Shown piece by piece: positions 18,201-27,700 of a stretch of 64,000 bases of DNA. Source of the stretch: a virus. Both the position numbers and the translations under genes were made by a program. The notes under the pieces are model-generated. The model saw only the letters and a program-made list of their open reading frames with translations, did no database searches and was not told where the DNA came from. The stretch spans positions 36,226 to 100,225 of IMG/VR virus record IMGVR_UViG_3300045391_004554; one strand, written 5' to 3'. How positions within the stretch are numbered: position 1 is the stretch's first letter; the number at the start of each line of letters is the position of its first letter.

Positions 18201-20286
18201 TTGTGGATATACTTGCATTTCCCTCATTGTTGGATGGAGCTCCTTCATTTCCGGAAGTGCTGATATTATCCGCAATAAGTACCGGCGTACTCTTATTTTC
18301 TCCGCTAGCTCCAATTCTTTCCTCAGTGGCGGATGCTTCATTCCCTTTTTGAATAATTCCTTGCTCATTAGCTATATTATTTTGTACGATGTGTAACTTT
18401 TGCTCTTCCGGAAACCTGGCTATCTCTTCTTTTGAGTAACCCAATCTTTCAAGCTCCTGTTCATAGGGCTCAATTTCTATGCCAGCCGGTTTAGAAGTTT
18501 GCTCCGTGTGATCAAGAAGTTTTTCCTGTGCGTCAGTCCTTGCTTCCACCATGTCAATCAAAGCGTTCATTTCTTCCGGACTTCCTTCGGCTGCAATATT
18601 TGGGTTTGCCTCTGAAAGCACATCGATATGGTTCTGTGCATTCTGCTCACCATCTTTCAGGTTTGCAGTAATACGCTCATTAACATCTACAGATGGATTA
18701 ACGGCTTTATGAGCAATATCAGCATTTTCAAGCAGTCTTGTTTTCAGCTCATCTGGCAAATCTGATTTACCGGCAGCATCAGTAAACCCAAGTATACCAT
18801 CAGTCTGTATAGTTTGACCGACTGATTTTATGTCAGCTTGCTTTTGCAGTTCCAACTGCTGAAGATGGAGGGTATTTTTATCCTGCAGTGTTTGCGCATT
18901 CTGGGCTTCTACTCCTTTCCCAAGCGCCATTACCTGCAGCTCATCGGCAGTCTCAGGTCGGCCAAGGGCAGCATGAATTTCTTCAGGACTCGCTGTAGCA
19001 AAATTAGTTATGCTATTGGCCTGTGCCTGCTGCATAACTGAGTTTATATTCTCATTTAACCGGGCCTTTGTATCAGCCATATCCTGGCCTTTACCAACAG
19101 CTTCTATGACATGCTGTGCTTCAAAAGGCAAAGCTGTTGCCGCAGATACACCGGCATTTGTCCAGTCAACCGGACGGCCATTAGCAAGGTCCTCTGCTAC
19201 AGATGATGCCGCGAAAGTGAATGGTGCGGCTACTACTGATTTTAAAGCTTGTTGCGTGACTACCCCATCTGCATTTACTACTCCTGACTTTACCGCCAAA
19301 TCAAATAGCTTGCCCCCCAATTGATCAGCGGCGCTCATCTGACCCTCCAGCATAGTTCCGCTTTCTACACCTTCCTGGGCGCCTTGTAATGTTCCGAATA
19401 ATGTTGGCAATACGGCGCCATTGCTTTTCTTATAAGCTTCGGTGCCCTGTTCAGCGGCTTTTGTTAAAGTCAGGTAACGTGTTAAAGGACCGGAAGCCTG
19501 CGTAAGTGCATTCTGGAATATTTGGGATTTAGTGAGATAACCACTCGCAGCATCTCCAATAGCATTGAACGCTTGGCCTTCTGCAGTTGCGCCACCGCTT
19601 GCGGCAGCACCTATTACAGCCGGTATAGTTTGAACAACGCCCCCGGCAAGTTTACCACCAAAAGTATCCGGAAGGGGATTTTCTTTCACTCCGCTGCGCA
19701 ACCAATCTGAGGCCCAATTGAAAAGATAACCGGCATCGTATTTATTTACTTTTGACGAATCCAACCCCGGAGTTACAGCATCCAACAACTTATCTACCGG
19801 GCGAACGATTGCTGCTGCAAGATCCGTTACCGGCGCTAAAGCATAGTTGAATTGTGAAACAAGCGATTGTGGAGTATAACGCCCTCCTGCTGCTACATCT
19901 TCATCCTGGTCTGCTTGGGCTTGACGCTCATAATCTTTATAACCGCGGGGATGATCAACGGCTGAGAGACTTTCATCTTCCTGGTTAATTAAGCCTTGGG
20001 TTGACTGACGGCTGATCGGCACTCTGCCTGTTGCTATCGAAGCAAGATCCTGCGCTCCGTGTTCCAATAAAGAAGAACCATTTCCCGTATCTGATGATGA
20101 CTGGGAAGGCGCGGCGATATTTGATGGCAGCGGAGTAGCATCCGAAAAAGGCGTCGGAACAACGTTCGCGGATGGGCTTTTTTTTTCAGGGGTAGTTTGA
20201 TCTTCAACCAATAAATCTGAAGATGGCGGATGCCAAGTTTCAACTTGGGTATCACTTGAAGGAGGTGTCCAACGCTGCTTTCCCAT
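12220..20286 (-). CDS. giant virion ejection/cargo protein (polyvalent-like) with a zincin HExxH motif
   Basis: 2688 aa, mostly helical; QIHEYGH with downstream DEAFV; last of three cargo genes in a podovirus tail block. Confidence 0.7.
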   Translation of the reverse strand: MGKQRWTPPSSDTQVETWHPPSSDLLVEDQTTPEKKSPSANVVPTPFSDATPLPSNIAAPSQSSSDTGNGSSLLEHGAQDLASIATGRVPISRQSTQGLINQEDESLSAVDHPRGYKDYERQAQADQDEDVAAGGRYTPQSLVSQFNYALAPVTDLAAAIVRPVDKLLDAVTPGLDSSKVNKYDAGYLFNWASDWLRSGVKENPLPDTFGGKLAGGVVQTIPAVIGAAASGGATAEGQAFNAIGDAASGYLTKSQIFQNALTQASGPLTRYLTLTKAAEQGTEAYKKSNGAVLPTLFGTLQGAQEGVESGTMLEGQMSAADQLGGKLFDLAVKSGVVNADGVVTQQALKSVVAAPFTFAASSVAEDLANGRPVDWTNAGVSAATALPFEAQHVIEAVGKGQDMADTKARLNENINSVMQQAQANSITNFATASPEEIHAALGRPETADELQVMALGKGVEAQNAQTLQDKNTLHLQQLELQKQADIKSVGQTIQTDGILGFTDAAGKSDLPDELKTRLLENADIAHKAVNPSVDVNERITANLKDGEQNAQNHIDVLSEANPNIAAEGSPEEMNALIDMVEARTDAQEKLLDHTEQTSKPAGIEIEPYEQELERLGYSKEEIARFPEEQKLHIVQNNIANEQGIIQKGNEASATEERIGASGENKSTPVLIADNISTSGNEGAPSNNEGNASISTTEDAHTIGDGNGTDATAQTEKPVLIGQPFTYQSKDHGLIDIQGLFGGKYRATFSDGTSDDFTRQEMHDFFGVEPERFDRAEKDNRLYATDHPEHVAQMYLDKLHELHDTGNPQSAIAQYGPRTTAKDFAQINDANNITPNIRMSYFKGEGKNVDLHLQADEINRLYFGGNPVVHAEDIANFMIDHPSGERTFFTPKGNPALKEIADRYYDLTGKKLFKTNVERIAGEATKEGVKTISEELHGPENTKLVNDILEDAFGEDDNISTAEWADKMRSQFDEYVKDPEEVFNIFHPVFDGAVLSEDQIKRVHEFITERQNGQEPGGRSNDQPANEPEGSGLGTDNEAASAEGAGNTEKTGTAETTQGAEGNADNRTAQELEDDLPFQKSNGDTIPEQKVLLAKGLLQKVLPGIEANFHDNVESFEDAMNKNGIEVHSSNLPNAFVGEDGVMHFNPEKINSDTQIHEYGHILTRWAEQHAPKLYEAMQRYGSEAKDIHSELKENGYFLSGKRLNDEAFVTMLGREGAGRLDEVIKNSGKRGVIKSFINDVWNKFQRYLLEKTGFDISKFKNIKNMGVQEFLNTINSKYLLSDTEISKLRSDQVNGANEFQMKKPDRNPGETMAEYARRLGEWKRDQYNNPQGRTRNELNRLFKPVREKIAELNRAFQEGVRSVREEKKQAFLEYDKYRKDVAKKNLSDLKAKWQEKLKAEKKASADKLADYKEATKQAFLEYDSYKKGETQKRLSELRTRYQEKVDAEKNLRQEQTEKLKSQFQNIRNEVNGILTSLHMSGVLGGVKFNDRDVLAFANQVNKITTEKGLDKFRDFVSKAVTSVDYMRDLGENRKLIKEAKGLLNKDYVPANIKSLIRELTSLNPNRVENPKELKTFLKDINDSQRAKSIPLADENQINDYINKEREFDIKQRGNDIVDTRNSIEESPQYAAVSEQKGSTLPDDYDIQKRIQRIVRDPELTHNEKVKKLGEISDALDEYDAGLRKSIDPITNEVTGQPEDFDKILEDIQTGSSSDRESLRDNLEDIAKAKQDAINTEDPGLSPEQKESLETLKNVPLDGETADNLRLYNNVLENVLLNDNHNGIGIFEAKAIGNSDEGALKLVNYLEERGRGAKEGRFKTKLGELRSRGAALSVIMTRIANNDFTFLNKLNTGTHFDEIRNGFAKAKQEYDNLIGKKIHAIFKEHPEIANSPESIQRLSLYSYFNQNREFSSPDQQNKELVKRISSINKDMALKSEEGLKKDNGEAAIEREVWNGFAQKIKEATGIDIMNKQELSGLKYADIKDLPFLNEGEKKIYDTYRDADEQLRDRHRDVVERQLNQNYEGWNNHMRDGYRFLNSGLIDVVGPDELGFTATNQNTTEGSTSTLQRVKGDPLATKSGEKQKVLNLNFFDVQNQNIKNQLEDIHTLKARQIFDSAIKNRDLRDALGNENHTLYKNTIRDYVLNSMGLNNTMGEKELRIVKEGLNFITKAGTFKQLLSLSALAKQGGATIFNTLATTGFDAPLMYKAIQQMSSESVQKLLKDHAIGERAENLAQLNTLNLEGISDVNNIVDQHIKSATSFFNRYFKHLEENGAHEEKFFTKPIKWGDVKSGEWAWVTYYAKHIIDTEGKKFEDIDWAKEAAHPNREAAEFAESMTSKQLNENTKAARSKFLNSGAFGDRLVKAFILPFGSFNLHKFQTMVENYRTLASKDTFVDENYRKIEAKTAAMSLVGALTEEAFFQGLKLVIGYGVTSLATRGITYALASLFGTDKEKQEALGKVDQKLEKMKDDAFQKWYTNTLGNYFFGGLGNAPQDLAQRGINDLTNSKFFYEPNISPTQQVQDANNYGMLGAAWNGNGDLMKDIYRGFINNNDKYGVPVNITPYQKSVMATSFLSNMLAMSGMNDADLNRSIESIRKQVEFSLASKFHEPNYEDISKPGPLKVGSKVIQLGTDHQEYYEKIKESYANELMAKGVDSKRASTTASNVAKAKLIEKYGLDALVKEGELQKKKK

Positions 20287-21932
20287 TATTTTTTTGTATA
20301 GGTCTTACCATCAGGCGCTATGTATTGCGCACCTTTTGGAAGCGATTTATATTGTTCATCACTGGATACCTGAGGCAATGTTGATGCTTGACTACTTGGA
20401 TTCACAAGCGCTTTCAACTTCTCAATATCAGGACTATCGGAACCAGTATTTTTTTGCAGCCATTCACGCGATGCTTGCGATACTTGCGGAGCATATTTCT
20501 CACCAAGGACATGATCAAGATCATCATAAAATTTTTCTCGTGGAATATACATTTGATGGATACGGCCATTTTGATTATTCTTAATTGTAATTAAAGCCGT
20601 TCCATTGTTAGCCACTCTATTCCCAATAACTGTTTCTTTAGGGACCATTTCTTCATATTGTCCTTCTGCTGTATTTTTATCTCCGACTATATGCTTAACC
20701 TTCGCATTATCCCCATAAATATTCTGAAGCACCTCATTAGGTATATTTCTACCATAGCTTGCGTTGTTTAATGCCTCTTGTGTCAATCTATCCATTACGG
20801 CTATTTTATCAGTAGGCGTTCTATTAGGATCATTATTAATCCGATTTAAATCAACTGGCTGAATGTTATCCGTCCCTGTTCCTGTAAAGAAATCATGATA
20901 CAACTTATTCTTGTATTCTCCAACAGCATTCTTATCAAACTTGGCATCCTTACCTTTTAAACCGGCGATCTCCAATTGATTTTCACGATTGAGTTCATTT
21001 TGATGCGCTTGGAATGCCTCTTCCATTGAAAGATTCTTTCGGGTCTGAGCGCCCTGAGCGGCGATAGTGCCATATTGGTTTTCATCAAGTTTAGCCTTTT
21101 CCTGCTGATCAGGAGTCATCAAAGCAAGAGCTTGCGTATTGCTCCACTTCTGCGGATCATTGCCGTATTGTGCCTTGTCTTCGGGACTTAACTGGTTCCA
21201 GGCATTGAGCATTGCTGCACGCGCTGTACGCCCATAAGAATCGTCCGAACTTAATAAAGTATTATAAGCCTTTAAATAATCCGGGGCCGCAGCTTTTAAA
21301 CCTTCTTGGGTGAATACATATTTACCATCAGTTGTCGCAGTAGCATATTTTTGCTTTACTGCATCATAGGCTTTTTTTGCAATGTCTGCCGGGTTGAAAA
21401 CATAAGCCGGGTTTAAAGCGAACGGCCTCCGTTGGCCGAGCGGCGTGTTCCAATAGTCCTGTACTTTCTTCTGGTAATCTTCCGTATTAAAATCAGGATG
21501 TGCCTGGACGAACTTGTTATTCTCTTCCATAATACCGCGATCCATCTGGCTTTGCGATATTTGGCTTCTTAACGCAGCTTCCCTAGCCATCAAACTGGCA
21601 GCAAGTTCTTTATTTTTTAAAGGGTTCTGAATGACATCGTAGTTATCCGAAATATCTTTAGCCAGGTTAATATATTGATTTGACAAAGGGTCATAATCTC
21701 CGGGCGCCAGGTTTTTTAAATCGATGTTCCGAAAGTTATTCAGGTAATCCTGCATGCGTTGGTTGTGCACTTCAGCAAGATATTTATTTGCACCTGCCTG
21801 TAAATTAGCTGCATTTTGTAAATAAGCTAAAGCGGTATTATTTTCCGGAAGTATAGCGTCAGTGCCAAATCCGCCCTGGGCAAGATCGGCATCTCCTTTG
21901 ATGTTTGCTATTTCGCTCAGTGATACCGCCAT
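20286..21932 (-). CDS. virion ejection/cargo protein
   Basis: Helical, N/Q/A-rich; C-terminal YKSLPKGAQYIAPDG motif typical of ejection proteins. Confidence 0.6.
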   Translation of the reverse strand: MAVSLSEIANIKGDADLAQGGFGTDAILPENNTALAYLQNAANLQAGANKYLAEVHNQRMQDYLNNFRNIDLKNLAPGDYDPLSNQYINLAKDISDNYDVIQNPLKNKELAASLMAREAALRSQISQSQMDRGIMEENNKFVQAHPDFNTEDYQKKVQDYWNTPLGQRRPFALNPAYVFNPADIAKKAYDAVKQKYATATTDGKYVFTQEGLKAAAPDYLKAYNTLLSSDDSYGRTARAAMLNAWNQLSPEDKAQYGNDPQKWSNTQALALMTPDQQEKAKLDENQYGTIAAQGAQTRKNLSMEEAFQAHQNELNRENQLEIAGLKGKDAKFDKNAVGEYKNKLYHDFFTGTGTDNIQPVDLNRINNDPNRTPTDKIAVMDRLTQEALNNASYGRNIPNEVLQNIYGDNAKVKHIVGDKNTAEGQYEEMVPKETVIGNRVANNGTALITIKNNQNGRIHQMYIPREKFYDDLDHVLGEKYAPQVSQASREWLQKNTGSDSPDIEKLKALVNPSSQASTLPQVSSDEQYKSLPKGAQYIAPDGKTYTKK

Positions 21933-22735
21933 TACAGTGTAGGGCTTAAGTAGTCATACATTCCACTAAAATAAGGGCTATCCTTATACTTGCTAATGAT
22001 ATCACCCATAGCAACATTCCTTGTAGAATTAATTGCATCTTCTGGAATCTGATTTGATAGCGTTATCGGGCCAACGCCAGCAGATGAAGTAGTCAATTCC
22101 GGCATAGCACCTTGTTCTCTTCCAAGCGCCAGTGCATCTGCAGCACCACCCGCAGTACCTCCAGCTTTATCGGCAAAGTTTGTTCTCCCCGAAGTATAGC
22201 TGTTGATTGCTCCCACTACCGTATTCAGCCCATCGTTAACACCCTGCTGGCCTGCAGTTTTCTCACCGGCAATGGCCTTTGCTTCATCCTTAAATGGCTC
22301 GTATTTGTCAAGCGCCCATTTTTGAGTTTCCTGATCCGCAAGTGCGCGATTGGCCTCCATCAAGGTTTGCAGTTTTTGCGTACGCAACTGATCGCCTGTA
22401 GATGCTAATTGGTTTTGTCCGCGCAGGAAGGAATCATAAAGATTGCCAATAGCATTAGGGCCTTGACCGGTTTGGAGTGCTGCTCCAATACCGGTCGTCA
22501 ACCCACGCTCTGCATTAGTATTGTAATAGTTTTTCTCAGCATCAGATAAGCCGGTTGAGGCCATACTGGATGCTAAGTTCTGGTTATCGTAATATTGTTG
22601 CTGGATAGGATAGGTCGGCCTGATATTTAACTTAGCACGGTTACGCGCATCAGAAATCTGGCTATTGCCTTTTAAGGTTTTATATATGCCCAGTCCGGCT
22701 GTCGCTGCGGCGGATGCTCCAAGGAACCATGTCAT
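21932..22735 (-). CDS. virion ejection (pilot) protein
   Basis: N-terminal Gly/Ala hydrophobic helix GASAAATAGLGIY, Q/A-rich body. Confidence 0.6.
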   Translation of the reverse strand: MTWFLGASAAATAGLGIYKTLKGNSQISDARNRAKLNIRPTYPIQQQYYDNQNLASSMASTGLSDAEKNYYNTNAERGLTTGIGAALQTGQGPNAIGNLYDSFLRGQNQLASTGDQLRTQKLQTLMEANRALADQETQKWALDKYEPFKDEAKAIAGEKTAGQQGVNDGLNTVVGAINSYTSGRTNFADKAGGTAGGAADALALGREQGAMPELTTSSAGVGPITLSNQIPEDAINSTRNVAMGDIISKYKDSPYFSGMYDYLSPTL

Positions 22736-23235
22736 GCTATTTCCCTCACTTCTGATGAATCAATTAAAGGATTAACCCGTTTCAAAATAATATCCTCTTC
22801 CACCAGGGCGACGGCTTTTAAAATCTCTTCTTCCGAATCATCTTTTGGAAAATGATCTGTAGGATGAAATGTAAGCCAAACGCAATCTGTCACCGTCCTT
22901 AGTACTCTTCTTGTGTCCGGTTCCGTGATACCACGCTCCGGCGATGTAACCAGCTTCCAACCTGTATGCTTAGTGAACACCAATACAATCCCTAAAAGTG
23001 ACACCCATTGATGTTGTGTGTTATGACATTTACTTATTACTTCTGTACCGGCAGGCATAAATAATTCCCGGCAATACAGCCCTTTGGTAAACGTATGCTT
23101 TGCCTTTAACTGGATCTGTGGCCGCGACAAAATAGTTGCTTCCACCATATCCAGAACCTCGTCAACGCTGTAGCGCTCCTCCTTTATTGGGGTATCTTCT
23201 GCAACTTCATTTTCGAGGGTTATAACGTCTTCCAT
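22732..23235 (-). CDS. cupin-like conserved phage protein
   Basis: HTFTKGLYCRELFMPAGT...H...R...TDCVWLTFHPT motif. Confidence 0.65.
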   Translation of the reverse strand: MEDVITLENEVAEDTPIKEERYSVDEVLDMVEATILSRPQIQLKAKHTFTKGLYCRELFMPAGTEVISKCHNTQHQWVSLLGIVLVFTKHTGWKLVTSPERGITEPDTRRVLRTVTDCVWLTFHPTDHFPKDDSEEEILKAVALVEEDIILKRVNPLIDSSEVREIA

Positions 23236-23239
23236 TTTA

Positions 23240-23686
23240 TTAATTAGAGGCTGCTAAAATTAACACATTTTTTCCGGAATAATCAAGTTTTGGCGTAGCA
23301 ACTTGTTGGGCATCCTGAGTGGTTAATATATCAGGATCAATATTGTTCACACCCGTGCTATTAAAATGCCCGTAGGCAAATACCTGCTGCACCAAAGTAT
23401 TGAAATCCGCCAGCAAATCTTTGGTCCTGCATTGCTTCCGAATATACCAGGCGTTAAGCACTCCAGTTACCGGAGTAATGGCAAACCAACCCATCAAAGC
23501 ACCATCTGGCATTTCCAGCTTATAGAAATTTGTGTCAGTCGCAAATGAAGCTAAAGCATTCGAAACGGCAATATCCAAAGCCAAAGCAGCATTGTTATTC
23601 AGAGTTTTCAGAAATGTTAAATCCTCAGAATACATAGCCCTGATTAATGTTGCTTTATCTTTGGTTAGTACTTTGTGTAACTGCAT
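23240..23686 (-). CDS. GNAT-like protein (tail/ejection associated)
   Basis: LMGWFAI...LNAWYIRKQCR resembles GNAT motif A; usual podophage position. Confidence 0.4.
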   Translation of the reverse strand: MQLHKVLTKDKATLIRAMYSEDLTFLKTLNNNAALALDIAVSNALASFATDTNFYKLEMPDGALMGWFAITPVTGVLNAWYIRKQCRTKDLLADFNTLVQQVFAYGHFNSTGVNNIDPDILTTQDAQQVATPKLDYSGKNVLILAASN

Positions 23687-24006
23687 TATTTTAAAGTAAC
23701 AGAAGCCAATATTATTATTGGATTTAACCCTTCTATAGTTCTAAATTCTTCATTACCGGCAGTTTGAATAATTAGACGTTCTTTATTGTCAATTACTTCA
23801 ACTGTTAGAATATCAATTACTTGCTTAGTCCCTAAAATCATTCCAGAAGCAGACTCCCAACATTTTGACAATTTTAAAAATTGGCCATTGGAATTAATAT
23901 AGTCCAATAATAAAGAATACTGGCCTTTACGGTCAGGTTCTTCTTTTATATCGTTATCAGATACAAATATTCTGATTTCGATACCCGGCTTTGCTGTTAC
24001 AAACAT
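23686..24006 (-). CDS. hypothetical protein
   Basis: ORF track; translational coupling. Confidence 0.55.
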   Translation of the reverse strand: MFVTAKPGIEIRIFVSDNDIKEEPDRKGQYSLLLDYINSNGQFLKLSKCWESASGMILGTKQVIDILTVEVIDNKERLIIQTAGNEEFRTIEGLNPIIILASVTLK

Positions 24007-24011
24007 ATTTT

Positions 24012-24329
24012 TTATTTTAGTCCGAATAAACGTTTAAACTTCCTTTCAGCATTCTGAGCATTCAAGGATGGCATATAAATACAATTTGGCTTGGTTTTAA
24101 TTTCCTGCCTGCTTTTCTTTACGCCATTTCGCATGAGCACGATATCGGTTTTAACTACTTCAGCTGGCTGTATCAATCCCTCCTTGGCATCGATCTCAAA
24201 AAGATGGTGGTTAGGCTTAAGCTGATCTACCTCGTACACTAATTTATTATCCATGGGATTAACCATCTGGGACCGCAATTCTGTCACAGTCAGATTATCC
24301 TTTGAACTTATTGTTAAAACTTCCCCCAT
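24012..24329 (-). CDS. conserved phage hypothetical protein
   Basis: C-terminal YMPSLNAQNAERKF motif. Confidence 0.6.
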   Translation of the reverse strand: MGEVLTISSKDNLTVTELRSQMVNPMDNKLVYEVDQLKPNHHLFEIDAKEGLIQPAEVVKTDIVLMRNGVKKSRQEIKTKPNCIYMPSLNAQNAERKFKRLFGLK

Positions 24330-24341
24330 TTGTAAAATATT

Positions 24342-24497
24342 TTATAAATAATAACCTTCGTCGTAAAATACCCCCATCACTATATCATGCTCACTTTCGC
24401 CAGTTTCAGGTTCACCGTATACAACCATTGGCATATCACCAACAATTGCATCGCCCCAATTAGGACATTCTTCGGTTTCACAAATCTGCTGGCTCAT
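24342..24497 (-). CDS. 51-aa acidic hypothetical protein, not in the ORF track
   Basis: MSQQICETEECPNWGDAIVGDMPMVVYGEPETGESEHDIVMGVFYDEGYYL fills the intergenic gap. Confidence 0.4.
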   Translation of the reverse strand: MSQQICETEECPNWGDAIVGDMPMVVYGEPETGESEHDIVMGVFYDEGYYL

Positions 24498-24741
24498 TAT
24501 ATTCTGTCCAATGTGTTACTCCCCTGATGTGCTGACCTTCCATTGTCTGCCATATTTTCAAATCATGATTATAATGGCCAAAATAGCTTCTATATTTATC
24601 AAAGCAATTTCTATCTTCGATTAGCCCTATGAAAAAAATAGGCCGGAATTTAAATCTATCAGTCAAAAACGAATAAACCTGCATTATTCCCGGTTGCTCC
24701 CGTTCAGGCAATCCATCTTCAACTTTGGTCCAATCTATCAT
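24478..24741 (-). CDS. DUF551-like protein
   Basis: W..V.D.LP at the N-terminus and VTHW at the C-terminus. Confidence 0.65.
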   Translation of the reverse strand: MIDWTKVEDGLPEREQPGIMQVYSFLTDRFKFRPIFFIGLIEDRNCFDKYRSYFGHYNHDLKIWQTMEGQHIRGVTHWTEYNEPADL

Positions 24742-27700
24742 TTTCCGCTTGTGCTTATATGCTGCATTAAAATATGATCAATTTCGCTATAACTATTTAA
24801 TTGGGTCACATCCCTCACTAACCTGATCCTGCAATACTCCCCGGCGATCTTACCACCGCGATCCACGATCATAGACGGTGAATCATTTTGATTTGACGGA
24901 TAACTGCCCATATTTCTCAGCAAGGTTGAATAAAATTTATTCTGCCTTTTTCTCACCCAAAACGGCGCCACATAACTGTATAAGTTTGGATGGTTCGTCT
25001 TGATTTTATCTACGAAGAACTTGACTACCGGGCTTGTAATGATGATGCATTGGTAAGTCAGATCGCGCTCCTCTTTTGGATAAAATGACAGATCAATAAC
25101 CTGGCTGTCAGAAACTCCATAAAACTCATTAAATGTATCTACATCCTTTGAATTATGCAAATATGGCACGCCATTTACAAAAGAAATAAATTCATTACCT
25201 GATATTGACTTCTGCAGCATGCCATAGAATTCCGGGACAAATGTTTCGAACCTGGCCCATTGTTTCTGCTCTATGCTGAATGTGAACGTTTCGTTGAGCT
25301 CAGTAAAAGTCTCCCGCTCCGTATTCACGAAATCGTTAACCTGAGTTGAGCTATTTTTTCGTTTACGGAAGCTGAATGATATCTCCTTGTATTTTGGATT
25401 GACACCAACCGTGAGCTCCATTAGATTACTTAAAATCGTCGCCGGATCTAGTGAGTTATTATAATTCCGCTGGTAGTTGAACTTGTCAGAGAAATAACTC
25501 TTTACACCCAGATCGGCGATATCAATAGCGGTGCGATAATCACATAGCGCGATGGCCTCCTTTTTTGAATCCGCCCAGACAACGTAGTTCTTATCTCCCT
25601 CTATAAACTGGATGGTGCCAGTATCGGCATATTCACATCCAAACATGCTTTCTTTTTTCTGCTGAGGATCGCCTATGATATTATCGGCACTGGCCACGAT
25701 AAGCCCGGCAGAAGTACTCCTTACCAGCTGCAGATCATAGTCCGTCATGAACCAATCACTCTGGCAGATGAATACGATCAGTTTATTTTGCGCATGCCCG
25801 GCAACAATTCCCCCGCGTTCCTGTCCCTTGAACTGCTTCCGGTTACTTCCTCTCCATGTACCGAATCCGTTGATCTGCCCCTGGTTCACAAACTCGTCAG
25901 ATTTTATAACATCGTCTGGATACCATTGCTGCATTGCCTGGTTGTTTTTCACCAGAACCCGGCCAAGACTGCTGCAGTTGGCGCCCCAGAAATCTGATAC
26001 GGACGACGACATGAAAGGATGCAGAATAGCTTTGCCTGTACATTTCGAGATATTCAGGCTACGGTTTTGATAATAAGTATCGAAAGCATTCAGCACGAAC
26101 TGCTTAGCCAGTATTTTACCTTCGCTGGTGAAATACATCCCCGGCACTTCAAAATATGCCTCTTCTTCTTCGCCGTTGCTTGGGGTTGAAAGCTGTATCC
26201 AGAACCCGCACTGCTTGCTCAGGGCCAGCAATCGTTTATCAAATGCAATAAAAATATCACTGCCGGTGATTGTAGCATTCACATTGTTGGTTGTGGTAAT
26301 GCCTGTAGTTTCATCCGTAGTAGAAGTTGAAGTGCTTTCTTCCTGAACAGATTGATTAAAGTCAGAGCCTAATACCTGGAAGTCCAGATAACCGTTGTTT
26401 TTAGCAGGGTCAAAGAGATTACCGTTACCATCATCATAGATACGCACAAAATCTCCAGGCACCTGTTGATATTCTACCGTAGTAGAAAAGTTGTTTTGCT
26501 TATTATAATCCAGCAATGACTGTATGCTGATCTTTGCCCGGACCGCTCCGTTTCCGTCAGCAAGTATGTTCCCATCTTTATCCAGGAAAGAAATTGCATC
26601 CCCAACCCAGTGAAGATATTTTTTATTCGTCAGCTCTTTAGTAACTGAAAAACTTATGTAGGCAAGATCATTAGGTAATATCAAATCCTGTAGAAGGTTC
26701 ACCACGATCTGCATAGGATTGAAGTTTCCTTTTTGCGGAAAACTTGGCGCATCGATATAACCGATAAAGTTTGCATACTGCACGCGTCCCGCACGGTCCC
26801 AACCTTGCACTGAAACGCCATACCGTCCGCCTTCCTTAATACTATTTACATTCTGATCAGCAAAGGTAAAAGAGAAATTAAAAGTCGCCGGATATATTCT
26901 TTCGACACAACTGTTACAACCAACAATATTGCTGTCATAAGGTTGTACATCCAGGCAAGACGCCGCACAGGTTTGCATTAAACAAGATCCTGAAACATTA
27001 GCATAAATCCTGCCTTGGTAAGCGGCATTTCCGTCATGCGCTATAATCTCAAAAGCGCCGTCAATGCCTGTATAGGCTGTGGCGCCCTGCGTTAAGGTAA
27101 CGCCGACACCTGCTATAGGAGCGCCTGTCTTACAGTCAAGGACGGTACCACGAATCTTTATTTGCATGCACGGCCCCAGAGGGCCTCCTAAAAAATCGGC
27201 TACCGATATATTTTCCTGGTAGTAGCCATTATCCTGTTTGGCATTAAGGTGAATTGCGGTTTCAGCTAAGATATTAGGGCCATTACAATTCACTAATCCG
27301 ATGAACTGCACTTCCCCTTTATAGGCAGTTCCCATGGCCATATATTCAAAATAATAGCCGTTGTGATCCGTTATCTTTCCGCTTCTTTCATATTGTGCTA
27401 AACCACCTAAACCAGCTTTTTTAATATATGTTGCCCGTTCATAAGGCTGCAACGAAGTATCATCTTCCTGTAAGTACCCTTCGATGAACCGCCATAGATT
27501 ATTGAAAACACCGGCGTTCCCGGATTGCTGAAAGACATACGGAACAAAAAGATAAAACAAACTATTATTTGTTGTCCAGGCATCAAAATCCTCTGTGCAA
27601 ACATCGACCTCTATTTCCTTTACAAAGTTGTTTACACCGGCCCAGTTTGAAAGGCCAAACATCGCGTTGATATTATTCTTATTGGCAAGACCTATTATGG

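Noticed and set aside
12220-20286. Virion RNA polymerase as in crAss or N4 phages
   Set aside because: No catalytic DxDxD or T7-type motifs recognised in the translation
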